From Octopus sinensis (Eukaryota), in NCBI RefSeq assembly GCF_006345805.1, contig NC_042998.1, forward strand, positions 134,292,001 to 134,356,000: a stretch of 64,000 nt of DNA. The letters run 5' to 3'. Both the position numbers and the translations under genes were made by a program. Of this stretch, positions 1-11,756 are shown in pieces. The notes under the pieces were generated by a model. It saw only the letters and a program-made list of their open reading frames with translations, ran no database searches and was not told the DNA's origin. Each line of letters starts with the position of its first letter. Position 1 is the stretch's first letter.

Positions 1-1515
1 ACTTTATGCATTTTGAGTTTAAAACTTGCTGGAGTTAATGTTGTCTTCCCTCCTTGCAGGGTTAATAAAATAAGTACCAGTCAAGTACTAGTGTTGTTCT
101 AAAAGTGCCACTCAAGTAGTAGGATCAATCTAAATGACTCTACCCTCCCACAAAATGTGTGACCTTGTACCAATTTTAGAAACTATTTCATGCTATCATG
201 GGTTGAGTGATTCTTATAGATTTAAATGTTTTCATATATATTATTGGAGTTTTGCTTTTATTTCTCTTTTATCTTCATTGAATGACCCTTCTCATCTTAT
301 TGCAGATCAGTGCACCTATAAAATAAAACTAATTGATTATTCTGTTATTTAGATTGAGGTACATTTGAGTAATACATCTTACCTAGAAGCAAAACAATAA
401 ATATTATAGATCATTGTGATAAGTAGTCAGCCCCACAATATAACACACATTATCATCATGGCCACTCCACTTCATTAAGTTCTTTAAAGCTTTCTTTTTA
501 GTATTGATACAACTAATGCTTCAATGCTATATAGTATTACTTCTCTGACATACAGGTCATGAAAGTGTCATTTTTTAATACAAGAAAATGTTATCTTCCT
601 TTTAATAACAGTAAAACTGTGTTTCTTGTCCATCTCACCTCTTTTTGTAGAGTATGCTATTATGAAATTTAGAAGTAAAAAAGACATGAATATAAGTATA
701 TTTTCAGGCTGTTAATCAGTCCATAAGATGATAATTTTTAAAAAAATATCTGCACCTGTCTCTATTAGTTTGATCACAATTGTCATCTGGTATTTCTAAG
801 CTCAGGTTAATAACATTTATTCATTCATTTGGTAATCTCAAGCCAAGATAGGACCTTACAAGTCTTCTTCTGAGCTCATGATCCTGCATTGCTATTAGGC
901 ATACCTTCCTGTGATAGTTGAATTTTGGTGTCAAAGATTATGAATTCTACTGTTTCAAAAGTAACTGATATAAGGGTGTATGTCACTGTGAGACATAGTT
1001 CGCTTCCAACTGAGGTGAAAAAGAGGCAGCTATCCCCGCCAGATACCAGATCACATTTCGGTGGTTTTTCACTGGGTGTCCCTAACCCTAAACAAGATCC
1101 TATACCAGATACATGTCAACTGGAGTAAGCTGAACACAGAACTTATGTCAGGTAAAGTCATCATGCCCTAAATTAATGACTGAGACATTAACATATCTTA
1201 TTGCAGTTTGATTACAAAGAAATGTTTCTAGTTTAGGCTTATGTACACATAATGAATTTTGGCAAACGAACCTTTTGAAACCTAGTGTTCATTCATTCAT
1301 TTTATGTTCATCTTTATGCAGACTTGGATTAGCCAAGTACTTATTTAAGGCCGGATGCTTTTCCTTTCACTCCACCCTTACCTCTTTTATATATGAAAAT
1401 GTTTTTCTTATTCCACCTCTCAGAGCTATAAGAAATAATGCGCATATATGTGTGTGTATGTATGTCTGTCTGTCTGACTGCCTGCATGTCTGTCTACACA
1501 CACACACACACATAC

Positions 1516-1568
<53 letters not shown>

Positions 1569-1693
1569 ATTAATTAATAAGGGTGAGAGAATTAGATACT
1601 AATTTAATAGTATATCTATTCAACACCAAGTGGCCTAGTGCTCCGAGAACCTGGATTATTATAATATTTTATAATATATTACAATATTTTTAC

Positions 1694-2053
1694 AAAATAA
1701 ATATAAGAGAGTGGTCACTATATGGCTCACTCTAGCACCAGTTAATCAAAAGGTTTCAACCACAAAAATACATGTTTCCCATGAAAGTCAGTACGATTGT
1801 TAGCTCACACGGACAGGGCAAATAAAAAATAACAAAAATACAAAAATACAGATTATTTTGGGACAATTGTTTCGCTATTAATGAATTAAATGTAATTTTA
1901 CTTCTGTATTTTTGTTATTTTTTATTTGCCCTGTCCGTGTGAGCTAACAATCGTACTGACTTTCATGGGAAACATGTATTTTTGTGGTTGAAACCTTTTG
2001 GATTAACTGGTGCTAGAGTGAGCCATATAGTGACCACTCTCTTATATTTATTT

Positions 2054-2054
<1 letters not shown>
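1694..2054. repeat. Fold-back inverted repeat (about 155-bp arms, 50-bp spacer)
   Basis: 1694-1852 is the reverse complement of 1903-2054 apart from two 1-nt indels and an 8-nt duplication in the left arm. The element appears to extend left to about 1578. Confidence 0.92.
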
Positions 2055-2098
<44 letters not shown>

Positions 2099-2100
2099 TA

Positions 2101-2220
2101 CAGGCTTCTATGCAGTTTCCAAGTTCCAGTTTCACTCACAAGATATTGATCAACCTGAGGCAATAGAAGACATTTGCCCAAGGTGCCACACAGTGAGACT
2201 GAATCCTAGACCACGTACCT
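2101..2220 (-). mobile_element. tRNA-derived SINE copy with (TA/CA)n tail
   Basis: Reverse complement has ggattcagtctcactgtgtggcaccttgggcaaatgtcttctatt; the family recurs near 4099-4232(-), 6125-6435(+), 7590-7740(-), 23556-23700(+), 23995-24135(+) and 52766-52920(+). Confidence 0.7.
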
Positions 2221-3867
2221 GTGTCTGTTCCATGCTTGCATCTATGCTCTGCTTGCACCTACAAAAAAAGCCTTTTCAATTTAGAAGGTATGGTTAATAG
2301 TATAGAAAAAAATTATAATTTTATTCAAATCAATTCATTTCATGCATTTAGATATTTTTTTAGAATGCTATTTTTGAAAACTGGGAGCTTTGATTATAAA
2401 TAATAAGAGAGATTGGTCAAAGTAACAGGTACAAAGCACCCTAATTGACACACTCCACCTTAAATAATCAATTATTCTATGTTTATTTATAAATTCTTGT
2501 TCTTTGATTAGGACTAAGCATGGTATATGAAGAGAGTTAGTTATGAGGGTTACTTTAAGTATTTCTTTGTACATGTTATAGGCTTAGCTCAAGTACAGCT
2601 GACTGTGTCTTCATAGCAACAATAATACCATTTTTTCTAAATCTGTCTCACATAGTTATTACAGCTTCTCTTATAATTGTGAGACATGACTGAATAGGTC
2701 AGATAAAAAAAAAATTATTACCAGCTGTTTGTGAATATATCATTACTCTAGTCCATAGTCTTTACGTCTTTTGTATATATTTTTTGTGTATGTGCATGCA
2801 TATCCTCTGTGTGTGTGTGTATGTATTGTGCTACACTTTAAAACTACAGATCTAATCTCAAACATTGAAATAACTATCAAACAATATTTTGATTACTTAA
2901 ACATAAACATATTTTACTGAGGATGAGCTACATCAGACCTACTATTGTTGCTCATAGATCATTTCCAAGGATTGTCTTTACTTTTCTCGCTGCATGTGCT
3001 ACAACTTCTAAAAGCCTTATATTCTTAGCATTTCTCTGTCGAAATAGCAACTTAAGAGAAAAAATGTATAGCAATTATATTTCCTCTCGCCTTTTTAAAT
3101 TTATTCAATGTAAATTTCCTAGTTTTACAATCTTATTGTTATAAAATTTATCCAATTTATAAGATTCCAGATGTCGTTGCTTGTTCTGGTGCTCATGCTG
3201 CTATTTATGCAGATTTAATTTTGCCTGTGGATTTCTCAACCTCTTGTACTAATTCTGTAGCACTTTGTTAAAGTTAGGATCAGAATAGATCTTCAAAGCT
3301 CAGTTGCAAAGTCCAAGCAGGGGCAACATAAAAAGATACAGAAATGTCTCTATGAAGAATGTAGTTGAGGTATCAATTGACTTTGCTGGTCTCTAATGAA
3401 ACTAAAATGTTTAGCAATCTTGGTTTGCTTTAACTTGGTGTATACATGGCACTGAACACTGAATGTAAAATGCGATCAATGGGATACTGCTCGAAGAAAG
3501 AATGCCATCAATGTATTTAGCCATGTCTTTATCAAGAGTGAAGCAGTGTTAAGATTTTGAATTCAAAATATGAGGACCTTGTTTTAAAGGTTGTTGAAAG
3601 GGTTATTCTTTTACTTGTTTCAGTCATTTAACTGCAGTCATGCTGGAGTACCACCTTAAAGGGTTTTGGTCAAACAGATTGACTCCAGGACTTATTCTTT
3701 GTAAGACTAATACTTATTCTATCGATATCTTTTGCCAAACCGCTAATTTACGGGGATGTAACCACACCAACATTGGTTGTCAAGTGATGGGTTGGGGAAC
3801 AGACACTCACATACACATACAAATATATATATATATATACTTTATTTTAAGCAGCAGAAAATTCAAC

Positions 3868-3914
3868 AAAATCTGTTACTCTGAGTTTCTCGTTGCCATT
3901 CATCAGACAGTTTT
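3868..3914 (-). ncRNA. Minimal type I hammerhead ribozyme motif (inverted copy)
   Basis: Reverse complement reads aaaaactgt-ctgatga-atggcaacga-gaaa-ctcagag-ta-acagatttt; mirror of the + strand motif with stem II TG-GCAA-CG. Confidence 0.6.
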
Positions 3915-3930
3915 TGCTAGAATTCTAGCA

Positions 3931-3977
3931 AAAACTGTCTGATGAACGGCAACGAGAAACTCAGAGTAACAGATTTT
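3931..3977 (+). ncRNA. Minimal type I hammerhead ribozyme motif
   Basis: Stem I CTGT (3935-3938)/ACAG (3969-3972); core CTGATGA (3939-3945); stem II CG-GCAA-CG; GAAA (3956-3959); stem III ACTC-A-GAGT; GUA cleavage triplet ending at 3968. The base pair closing stem II next to the core is an A.A mismatch. Confidence 0.65.
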
Positions 3978-6124
3978 GTTGAATTTTCTGCTGCTTAAAA
4001 TAAAGCATATTACTCTACCACTGGTATTTGAGTACTCTTTTTTCCACCTTGTTTCACATTTATGTGTTTACTCCGGTATATATATATATATATATATATG
4101 ACGGGCTTCTTTCAGTTTCCATCTACCAAATCCACTCACAAGGCTATAATAGAAGACACTTGCCCTAGGTAGCACACAGTGGGACTGAATCTGGAACCAT
4201 GTGATTGAGAAGCAAGCTTCTTACCACACAGCCAGACCTTGGAGGATTTAGAACTCTGAACATAAAGACAAGGGAATGCCATTAAGCATTTTGCCTGGCA
4301 TGCTAACGTTTCTGCCAGCTTTATCTTTTTTAGAGAGAGATTTGAATACTATACCAAGCAAGTTCAGTAATTACATAGAAACTCTCTTGCTGACTTGCTA
4401 CCTCTACGAGTAAACTAAACTAACCTCTTTGTTCATAGAAAATATTGAAGTAAGAATTTTCTTTCTTGAATAAACATATTGTTATTCTTTAAATAACTGT
4501 TTCTATTTGCGAGTATCACATGAGAATGTAAGTTAAATCATTGGCTTACATAGTAAGATTGTTATAGCTGAACTTTTCAGTTTTTTAATCCTAGATGTAC
4601 TCATAAGGTCTGGTACTTGGTTCTAGCTTTTTGCTCTTCATATGATGATGATCTATCTCGGGTAACATTCCCAGATACTGTTCCCAACAACTGGCTGAAT
4701 TCAAGCATGTAAAGATGTACTACTCATATCATCACCTCCCTCTTTATTTTACTATTTTTTAAAATTTATTTTGGCAGGATTTAAGTCGGCATGCAGTCTT
4801 GTATTCAGCCACCCAACATTCTCAGACTAGACCTTACTACTTCCCATTTCTCTCTTGAGCTTTCTCTACCCTAAGATACCTCCTACTGACAGCATATGAT
4901 ACATTTTCATTCAACAAGAGTCATTCATTCACATAAAATATCTATACTAGCAAAGACACATCTATACAAATTTGCTCATGGTTTTAACAACCATAATCCT
5001 ACAATATTTCTGTATTGAGGACTCATGTCAGGAAATCTTACAGTTTCTACTCTGCCTTTTGAGTTCATATTCAACTGGGATTAACTTTACTTTGCATTCT
5101 TCTAGGGTTAATAAAAAAAAAATTATGAGGTATACACTAGGAAATTTATTCAGGTTTGTTCACTCTTTTCTCTAATGATTATTTTTATCACAACTACCTC
5201 CAGCATCAATGCAGTTACCTAAGTGGCAGAAACTATTAACATGTTCCAATAAACAACAAAATAACCTGTACTGGCTATGAATTCAACATATATGTGCTGT
5301 TAGTTCAGCTATTTTGGCATTCATATAAAAGTTTGTAAAATACATATAAAGTAATAAATGATGGAATTAATTCTAAGGTGGTTTCTCTGGAAACATGTAA
5401 ACAGTATTTAAACTGGCTAGTTTACTTTCAACTATTTTGCCCAGCCAACTGTAACACAATTACAACCAAAGCAGAACCAGCTTTTATGAACAACTGAACC
5501 CAACTTATCCATAGCTTAAAATAGTCTAACCCCCAACTGCTCTTTTTTCCCCCCAGTCAGTCACCATTACAACCTTGACCTAACCTCAAACAAGTATTAT
5601 CTCTATCCTCCAGTGCATAAGAAACATAAAAGTAGAATGGCTAGCAACATGGTCAACTCTCTTCAGACTATATAGGGGAAGGGGTGCAGAAACAAACAAT
5701 AAGGAAACAGATGTGAAGATATTCATTCACATATCAAATGAGAATAGGAAATGCATTTGCACAAATACACACAGAAATTTGGGAACAGGTATTGTTGAAT
5801 CGTTAGCAAATTTATTTTGCAGTTGCGTGGTCATGTGTTCAGTCTCACTTCACTGCACCCTCCTTCCATAACTGCAAGTCAGATTTATTAGATCTGACAT
5901 ATTGAGCCCCGTCAGATGAGCAGTACATAGAATTTAAAGAGTCAGCTTTATTACACAATGTCACAGTGATTCTGCTTGAGGATCACTGTGTCAAATACTC
6001 AACCACTTACTCTATAATTCAATAAATTGGTAGTTGATTGAGCATCTAAACTCATTGTTGATATCAATGTAATATCCATATTTGCTTACTTAATACAGAA
6101 ACCCATATATATGTTGGTGCAGAC

Positions 6125-6435
6125 ATGACTGTATGGTAAGAAGCTTGCTTCCCAACCACATGGTTCCAGGTTCAGTCCCACTACATGACACCTTGGACAA
6201 ATGTCAGGCTAACCAAAGCCTTGTGAGTGGATTTGGTAGACGGAAACTGAAAGAAGCTCACACATGTGTGTGTGACCACTGCTTGACAACTGGTGTTGGT
6301 GTGTTTACTTCCCTTTAACTTAACAGTTCAGCAAAAGAAATCAATAGAATAAGTACCAAGCTTAAAAAAAGAAAAGTAGTTGGGTCAATTCATTCAATTA
6401 AAAATTCTTCAAGGAGATGCAGTCTAATGACTGAA
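6125..6435 (+). mobile_element. tRNA-derived SINE copy (same family as 2101-2220)
   Basis: tggtaagaagcttgcttcccaaccacatggttccaggttcagtcccact...accaaagccttgtgagtggatttggtagacggaaactgaaagaagc. Confidence 0.75.
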
Positions 6436-6670
6436 ACAAGTAAAAGATAAAAGATACTAGCACACACAATTTACAAAAATAATAATAATAATAAATTTTT
6501 ATATAGGCATATGAGAACATAAATTTTATTCTGGTATATGCTTGGTACTTGTTTGATCAACTTCATCAGAAGAAAAAATAAAGTCAAATCAGCTCTGGAT
6601 AAAGAGGTTGAAGTTCCTGTTCATTTGAGCACTATACTGTATTACCTGTACTGAGCTTATTTTACTTTCA

Positions 6671-7140
6671 CCTTCTTCTTCTTTGGCTGTCTGTCAAAGG
6701 TTAATGTTGACTGTTCTTGTTCAGCAGTCATCTCTGACAGGCTTGCATGTGGGCTACAAGAGCTTATTTTAATCTGCTGTAGGTGAAGCTACTTGGTGTA
6801 ATGGAGAAGTGACACCTCACATGTGCTCTTTCATTTTCCTTCTGTTGTTTCTCCTCAATGGCTGGAATTACAAGCATCAGCAATTGGTGTATTCATAGTG
6901 CTGTATGATGGTCTCTTCCTAGGTGTCTGGCAAGATGCCAAAGTTCTTCATATGCCTCTTCAGCACATCCCTGTATCAGAACCTTTGGCCACCACAGCTC
7001 CACTTGCCCCAACACAGTTCAGCATAGAAAACTGCCTTTGGGACCCTGCGTTCTCCATCCTGCAAACATGTCTTACTTTGTGCAGCTGCGATGAGGTAAT
7101 GAGGGCCTCCACACTAACTGCACCAGCAAATTGCAGGACT
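6671..7140 (-). mobile_element. RTE-clade LINE 3' fragment (decayed ORF end plus 3' UTR, (GAA)n tail)
   Basis: Minus strand translates with frameshifts to AGAVSVEALITSSQL..RHVCRM..VPKAVFYAELCWGKWSCGGQRF.YRDVLKRHMK, typical of the RTE ORF C-terminus. Confidence 0.75.
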
Positions 7141-8959
7141 TTTACATATATAGAGGTGGAACCATGGCGGTTTGGTAAGAAATTTGCTACTCAACTACAT
7201 GGTGCTGGGTTTAGTCTCACAAGCGTCTTCTACTGTAGCCCTGAGCTGACCAAAACCTTATGAGTGGATTTGGTAGACAGAAACTGAACGAAGTCCATCA
7301 TAAATATATGTAAGCGTGTGTGTTATTGTCGCCTTGCCTTGACATTGTGATACTTGTAAATGAGTGTCACCATCATGTTGCAGTGTTCTTCATTATAAAA
7401 CATCTGTAAAAACATGCCTGGCCATGGGGTAATTCCTGTATTTCATTGTCATGCCAGAAATTTGGATCCGCTGATTTTATAGTAGTTATCTCCCTTGTTT
7501 GCCTCTGTTTAGATTTGAACACTCCTGAAAGGAGAATAAACACACTTGTACATACATGCCACACAATATATATGTATAGATAGATATATGCAATGTGCTT
7601 CTGTACAGTTTCCATCAACCAAATTTCACTTATTGGTAAACTTGCGACTATAGTAAGATGCACTTATCCAAGGTATCACACAGCGGAATTGATCCTGAAA
7701 CTTTTTGATTGTGAAGCAAACTTTTAAACCATAGAGTAATGCTTGCATCGATCATACCTTTGAAAATGAATAAACTCCACTGCTATGACATACATTCTTT
7801 TCTCATTTATGAAGTCCAAACACACACACACACAGCAACAATAAAAAAGAAACCAAAGCACCAATTTGTGTTAATGCATTTCTTCTATTTCATGAGCTAC
7901 CTATATCCTAACACAGAAAGAAGTTATTTCTCTCATATCTATTATGGTAATCTAATTTTTTTTTAAATAAATAAAAATCAAAACAGTTCTCTCACTGTAA
8001 CCCTAGGTTGCAGTCAGGGGAAATAGATTATCTGTTTCATTTGTCTGACAGTGATACATTTAGACTTACGAGAGCAAACTTTGCCTTTCTGAAGTGCAAA
8101 TTACCTTTCAACATTTTGAAATAAATGTAGCCAAAGGTAAATATACTAGGAAGGCATCAGCTAGCTTATCATTTCCAATGTATACCTGACTCGCTTAAAA
8201 AGTTTATATGTATAAACATTGGATATAGGTCACAAGAGTTGTAAACAAGCTGTCCCTTAGTGTATACAAACTTCTTATAAGCATTTCAATATTTTTGTTC
8301 TTGACCCATGCAAACATGGAAAATTGAGCATAAAAATGAGGAATTATTAGGATATTCTGAGTAAATAGAAATGAGATGCCTCTAGTTTGAAACTTTTGTT
8401 TTGTCATTTATGAGACCTATTTAAGTTGAAATCACAAAATCACATTCTTTTGGTTATCAGGTTGAAATAGCAATCCTTTGGCTGTCAATAAATGAGACCC
8501 AGTTAGGTTACCGTTGTGATCTTAGTTTCTCAAACTTCTAAATTCTTTCTTGGGATTTTAAAGCAACACTCACATGGTTTCTGGTTCAGTTCCACTATGT
8601 ATCATCTTGGGCTAGTATCTTCTACTATAAACCTGGGCCAATCAAAGCCTTGTTGGTGGCTTTGGTTGATGGAAACTAAAAGAAATTTGTTTGTGTGTGC
8701 TGGTCTTGATGTACAATAGTTCTAAATGAGCATCACTGTCATACAAACTTTGTCCTTCATGTTGAATCTTACATGAAAATATTCCAGTCTTGCAGAAGCA
8801 TTACCTTGCTTGGAAACAGCTGAAGATTGGTAACAGGAAGGGAATCTAAACAGAAAACTTTTCCATGCAAACCTGGAAAAGTGAACTTTAAAACAAAGTT
8901 GATGACATTAATGATAATATTGACATAAATAATTTCTTTGTATTCTTGTTTCGTTTCAG

Positions 8960-9091
8960 TACGGCAAAAAGGTAAAGAATTGATTGATTTCATCCAGGAT
9001 GATGAGAGGCTAAGAGATGAACGGAAGAAAGCTAAAAAAACAAAAGACAAGTACATTGGAATGGCCAGTGACAGCCATGGTATCAGATATA
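8960..9091 (+). CDS. CLINT1: Clathrin interactor 1 (epsinR) internal exon; C-terminal end of ENTH domain
   Basis: Acceptor tttcag (AG 8958-8959), donor gtaagt at 9092; 132 nt, phase 1 to 1. Encodes (V)RQKGKELIDFIQDDERLRDERKKAKKTKDKYIGMASDSHGIRY, matching the epsinR-type ENTH helix 8 and following segment (RQK..EL..F.QDD.RLR.ERKKAKK.KDKY.G). Confidence 0.95.
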
Positions 9092-10790
9092 GTAAGTTCT
9101 CAAGACAAGGTCTTTACTCTCTTTTATGCTTTATTTAAAAAAAATTTTTTTTTATACTGTTAAGAAAATAAAACTTACACTGTCAGAGACGACTCAGAAA
9201 AAATGCTAAGTTAGATACTTCACTTTTCTGAGTACAAATTTTTTTGTTGCTTCAAGGAACTGATAATCTTAATATCAGAAATTATAATACTAACCCTATT
9301 CTAACTTTGACAGATATCAGCTTTCTGCCATGTCAAAATAAATATGAATTTGAAATAACTTGCTTAGTTATGTAAACATACCTGTTAAGTTCACCACAGT
9401 CTGGATCTGTGATTTACATTTCTTTTTCACTTCCATTCTGTGGTTATTGCCCTCTGGAAAGATAGGATCATTATTTCTTACTTTCCTCCATTTAAAATCT
9501 GAAACTTTGAGACTACTTGTATTTTAAAAATTAGTTTGAAGTTTAGAAGTAAGTTCCTGGCAAATTATGTCCTTTTGCTAAATCCTGCTCTTCTCAAGTG
9601 ATCACACTAATATTGAGATAGGTTTTCATTGATACATATTATTCATATTCAACTGCTGCTATTTAGATTTTGTTCATTAACTGAACACATGCTTCTGATC
9701 ACCTAATAAGAAGTCCTATGATTTTTTCCAAAACTATTTGAACCCCTGGTTTTATTAAGCAGCTAGAACTGCTTCTCTAAAATAGGTATAATTGTCAAAA
9801 TTGCATTTTTGGCTACCTATGAAGCTGAAGCTCTGTTACTATAAATGAAATTGTTATCATCATTACCATTATTAATGCTGTGATTGATTTGTTATTTATT
9901 AAATCACTGCAGTCGTGGAAATGATTGCTTGAATGCCTTATCTTTGGGATGTGACTTCATCCATCCATCTTTCAGATTCTTCTGGGGTTGACTTGACCTT
10001 TCATCTGATTAGTATTGATAAAATAATACTAGTCATGTACAAGGTTTGATTTAATTAACTATTTCTATAGTCTACAAGTTCATGGCCTTGTACTAGTATG
10101 AGAAATCATTATTATTAGTGTGGTAAAGTCACAGAAAGGATAGACTGCCAGACTTGTGATATTCATAAAATCCAGAATCCAAGAAAACTAGTGTTTATCT
10201 GCCTAGACAAAAATATTTCAGTAAAATTCATAAATTTGGATAAGTTTATATGCTATGGAAATGAAACTGCTGTCATTTAAAGCAAAGCTCTTCAGAAAGT
10301 CAAGATGTCTTTATTTCTTATGAAAGGCTTCACTTATTCAATTTGCTTAAAACTTATCCAATTTGTGAGTTTCACTAAAATCACCTACTATATATATCTT
10401 TTGAGGTATCCTCTCTTATTCCAACATCATTATTATTATATTTTCTCGAGTCACCCATGATTTCAAGTGATGGTCTGAACTATAGACATTTGGTACTGCT
10501 AGTTTTTTATTGACTACTTCTGTATTTTAAAACCTGTGGCCCCTTCTATAGTTTATTGTGGAGAATGCAGATATGTTGGTTGATATAGTCCCAGATAACT
10601 GAGAAGCCAGTAATTTGTGTGTTGCATACATAACAATGGCACTTAACTCTGAATGGCCAAACCCACCAAACTTTCAGTATGGACCATGGGTTTTATGTGA
10701 TTCATTGCTTTAAGTAGTGACAACACTGTAAAACTGGCAAGTGTTTTTTGTTTTCTTTTTTTATTCTACTGTGCTCAGTTAAATTCCTGC

Positions 10791-10862
10791 AACAAGGTGG
10801 TGTAACGGTTAGCATGGTTGCCTTCCAAGCAGTCGATCCGGGTCCGACTCCCGGCCGACGCA
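10791..10862 (+). tRNA. tRNA-Gly(TCC)-derived sequence, probably a pseudogene (acceptor-stem 5' strand lost, T-loop substitution)
   Basis: GG-TG-GTGT-AACGGTTA-GCAT-G-GTTGC-CTTCCAA-GCAGT-CGAT-CCGGG-TCCGACT-CCCGG-CCGACGC-A; anticodon TCC at 10824-10826. The first five bases (AACAA) do not pair with the 3' GACGC; T-loop is TCCGA rather than TTCGA; no CCA; followed by a T-rich trailer. Confidence 0.85.
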
Positions 10863-10875
10863 TCCTTTCTTTTCT

Positions 10876-11065
10876 GTGCCGGTGGCACGTAAAAAGCACC
10901 CACTACACTCATGGAGTGGTTGGCGTTAGGAAGGGCATCCAGCCGTAGAAACATTGCCAGATCAAACTGGGCCTGGTGCAGCCTTCTGGCTTCCCAGACC
11001 CCAGTTGAACCGTCCAACCCATGCTAGCATGGAAAGCGGACGCTAAACGATGATGATGATGATGA
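10876..11065 (+). mobile_element. RTE-LINE 3' UTR-derived tail ending in (GAT)n, directly behind the tRNA-Gly sequence
   Basis: gtgccggtggcacgtaaaaagcacccactacac...aacccatgctagcatggaaagcggacgctaaacgatgatgatg. The same sequence forms the 3' end of the RTE fragment at 30421-31760 and occurs as dispersed copies near 44855-45020, 46195-46345, 56765-56960 and 61385-61590. Confidence 0.8.
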
Positions 11066-11545
11066 AGGAAACCTTAATCTCATCAAAATGGAAGATAAAC
11101 ACTGGCTTAATAGGCCACAAATATCTGTAACTGGTCTCATAAATTTCTTATTACATAATAATCTTCATATGTTTGGTGAGTGGATGGCAGAATTGGCACA
11201 GCATTGGCCAAAATAGCTGATGCTGTTTAGTTCCAATTTTTTCTGTATTCAAATTCCACCCAAATCCACCTTTTCTTTGATCCTCCAAGAGTCAGTAAAA
11301 TAGATACCAAATAAAACAAGCACTAGACTTGATGTAATTGATTGCTTGTTAAAGAAGGTAATGATTATCCTAGCTTTCCCATGATCAGTAACTGCAAAGA
11401 GTAAAAATATATATCAACAAAAATATTTTGTAAGACAATATTTTCTATTATTTTTTTCCCCCTTGTTATTGTTGTAACTGTTTGTCCCTCCTCTGTGTTT
11501 TTCTCTTTTGCTCTTTTCTTTCTTACTTTTCCACTATTATTGAAG

Positions 11546-11732
11546 GAGACCGTTATGATGAAGACTACCGCTCGACACCATCTGCAACGTCATCACACAT
11601 TGGCAGGTTAGACGATATTGATGATTGGAATAGAGGCAAGAAGTCAGTTGCAAGTGAAGCAATAGATAAAGTAAAGGATCTCTGGCACCGTGCACATGGC
11701 AAGAAAAATATAGATGATGTTATAGACTATAG
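11546..11732 (+). CDS. CLINT1: CLINT1 internal exon
   Basis: Pyrimidine tract then tgaag acceptor (AG 11544-11545), donor gtaaga at 11733; 187 nt, phase 1 to 2, compatible with both neighbours. Encodes (R)DRYDEDYRSTPSATSSHIGRLDDIDDWNRGKKSVASEAIDKVKDLWHRAHGKKNIDDVIDY. Confidence 0.85.
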
Positions 11733-11756
11733 GTAAGACGTTCTTAATCGGGCTGG

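Larger units (their letters stand above)
3840..4005. repeat. 166-bp near-perfect palindrome (fold-back), probably Penelope-like-element derived
   Basis: Arms 3840-3922 and 3923-4005 are reverse complements around GAATTC (3920-3925), with one mismatch (3898/3947). Confidence 0.95.

Noticed and set aside
1080-1091. cctaaccctaa (TTAGGG-like)
   Set aside because: Only about two units; chance occurrence, not an interstitial telomere.
2930-3560. Protein-like minus-strand frame including KYIDGIL (RT YxDD-like)
   Set aside because: Many stops and none of the neighbouring RT motifs; origin unidentifiable without a search.
1-8959. Search for upstream ENTH-domain exons of CLINT1
   Set aside because: No frame with ENTH motifs (e.g. 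NWRRVYK, GSERV) was found; those exons probably lie upstream of the window.
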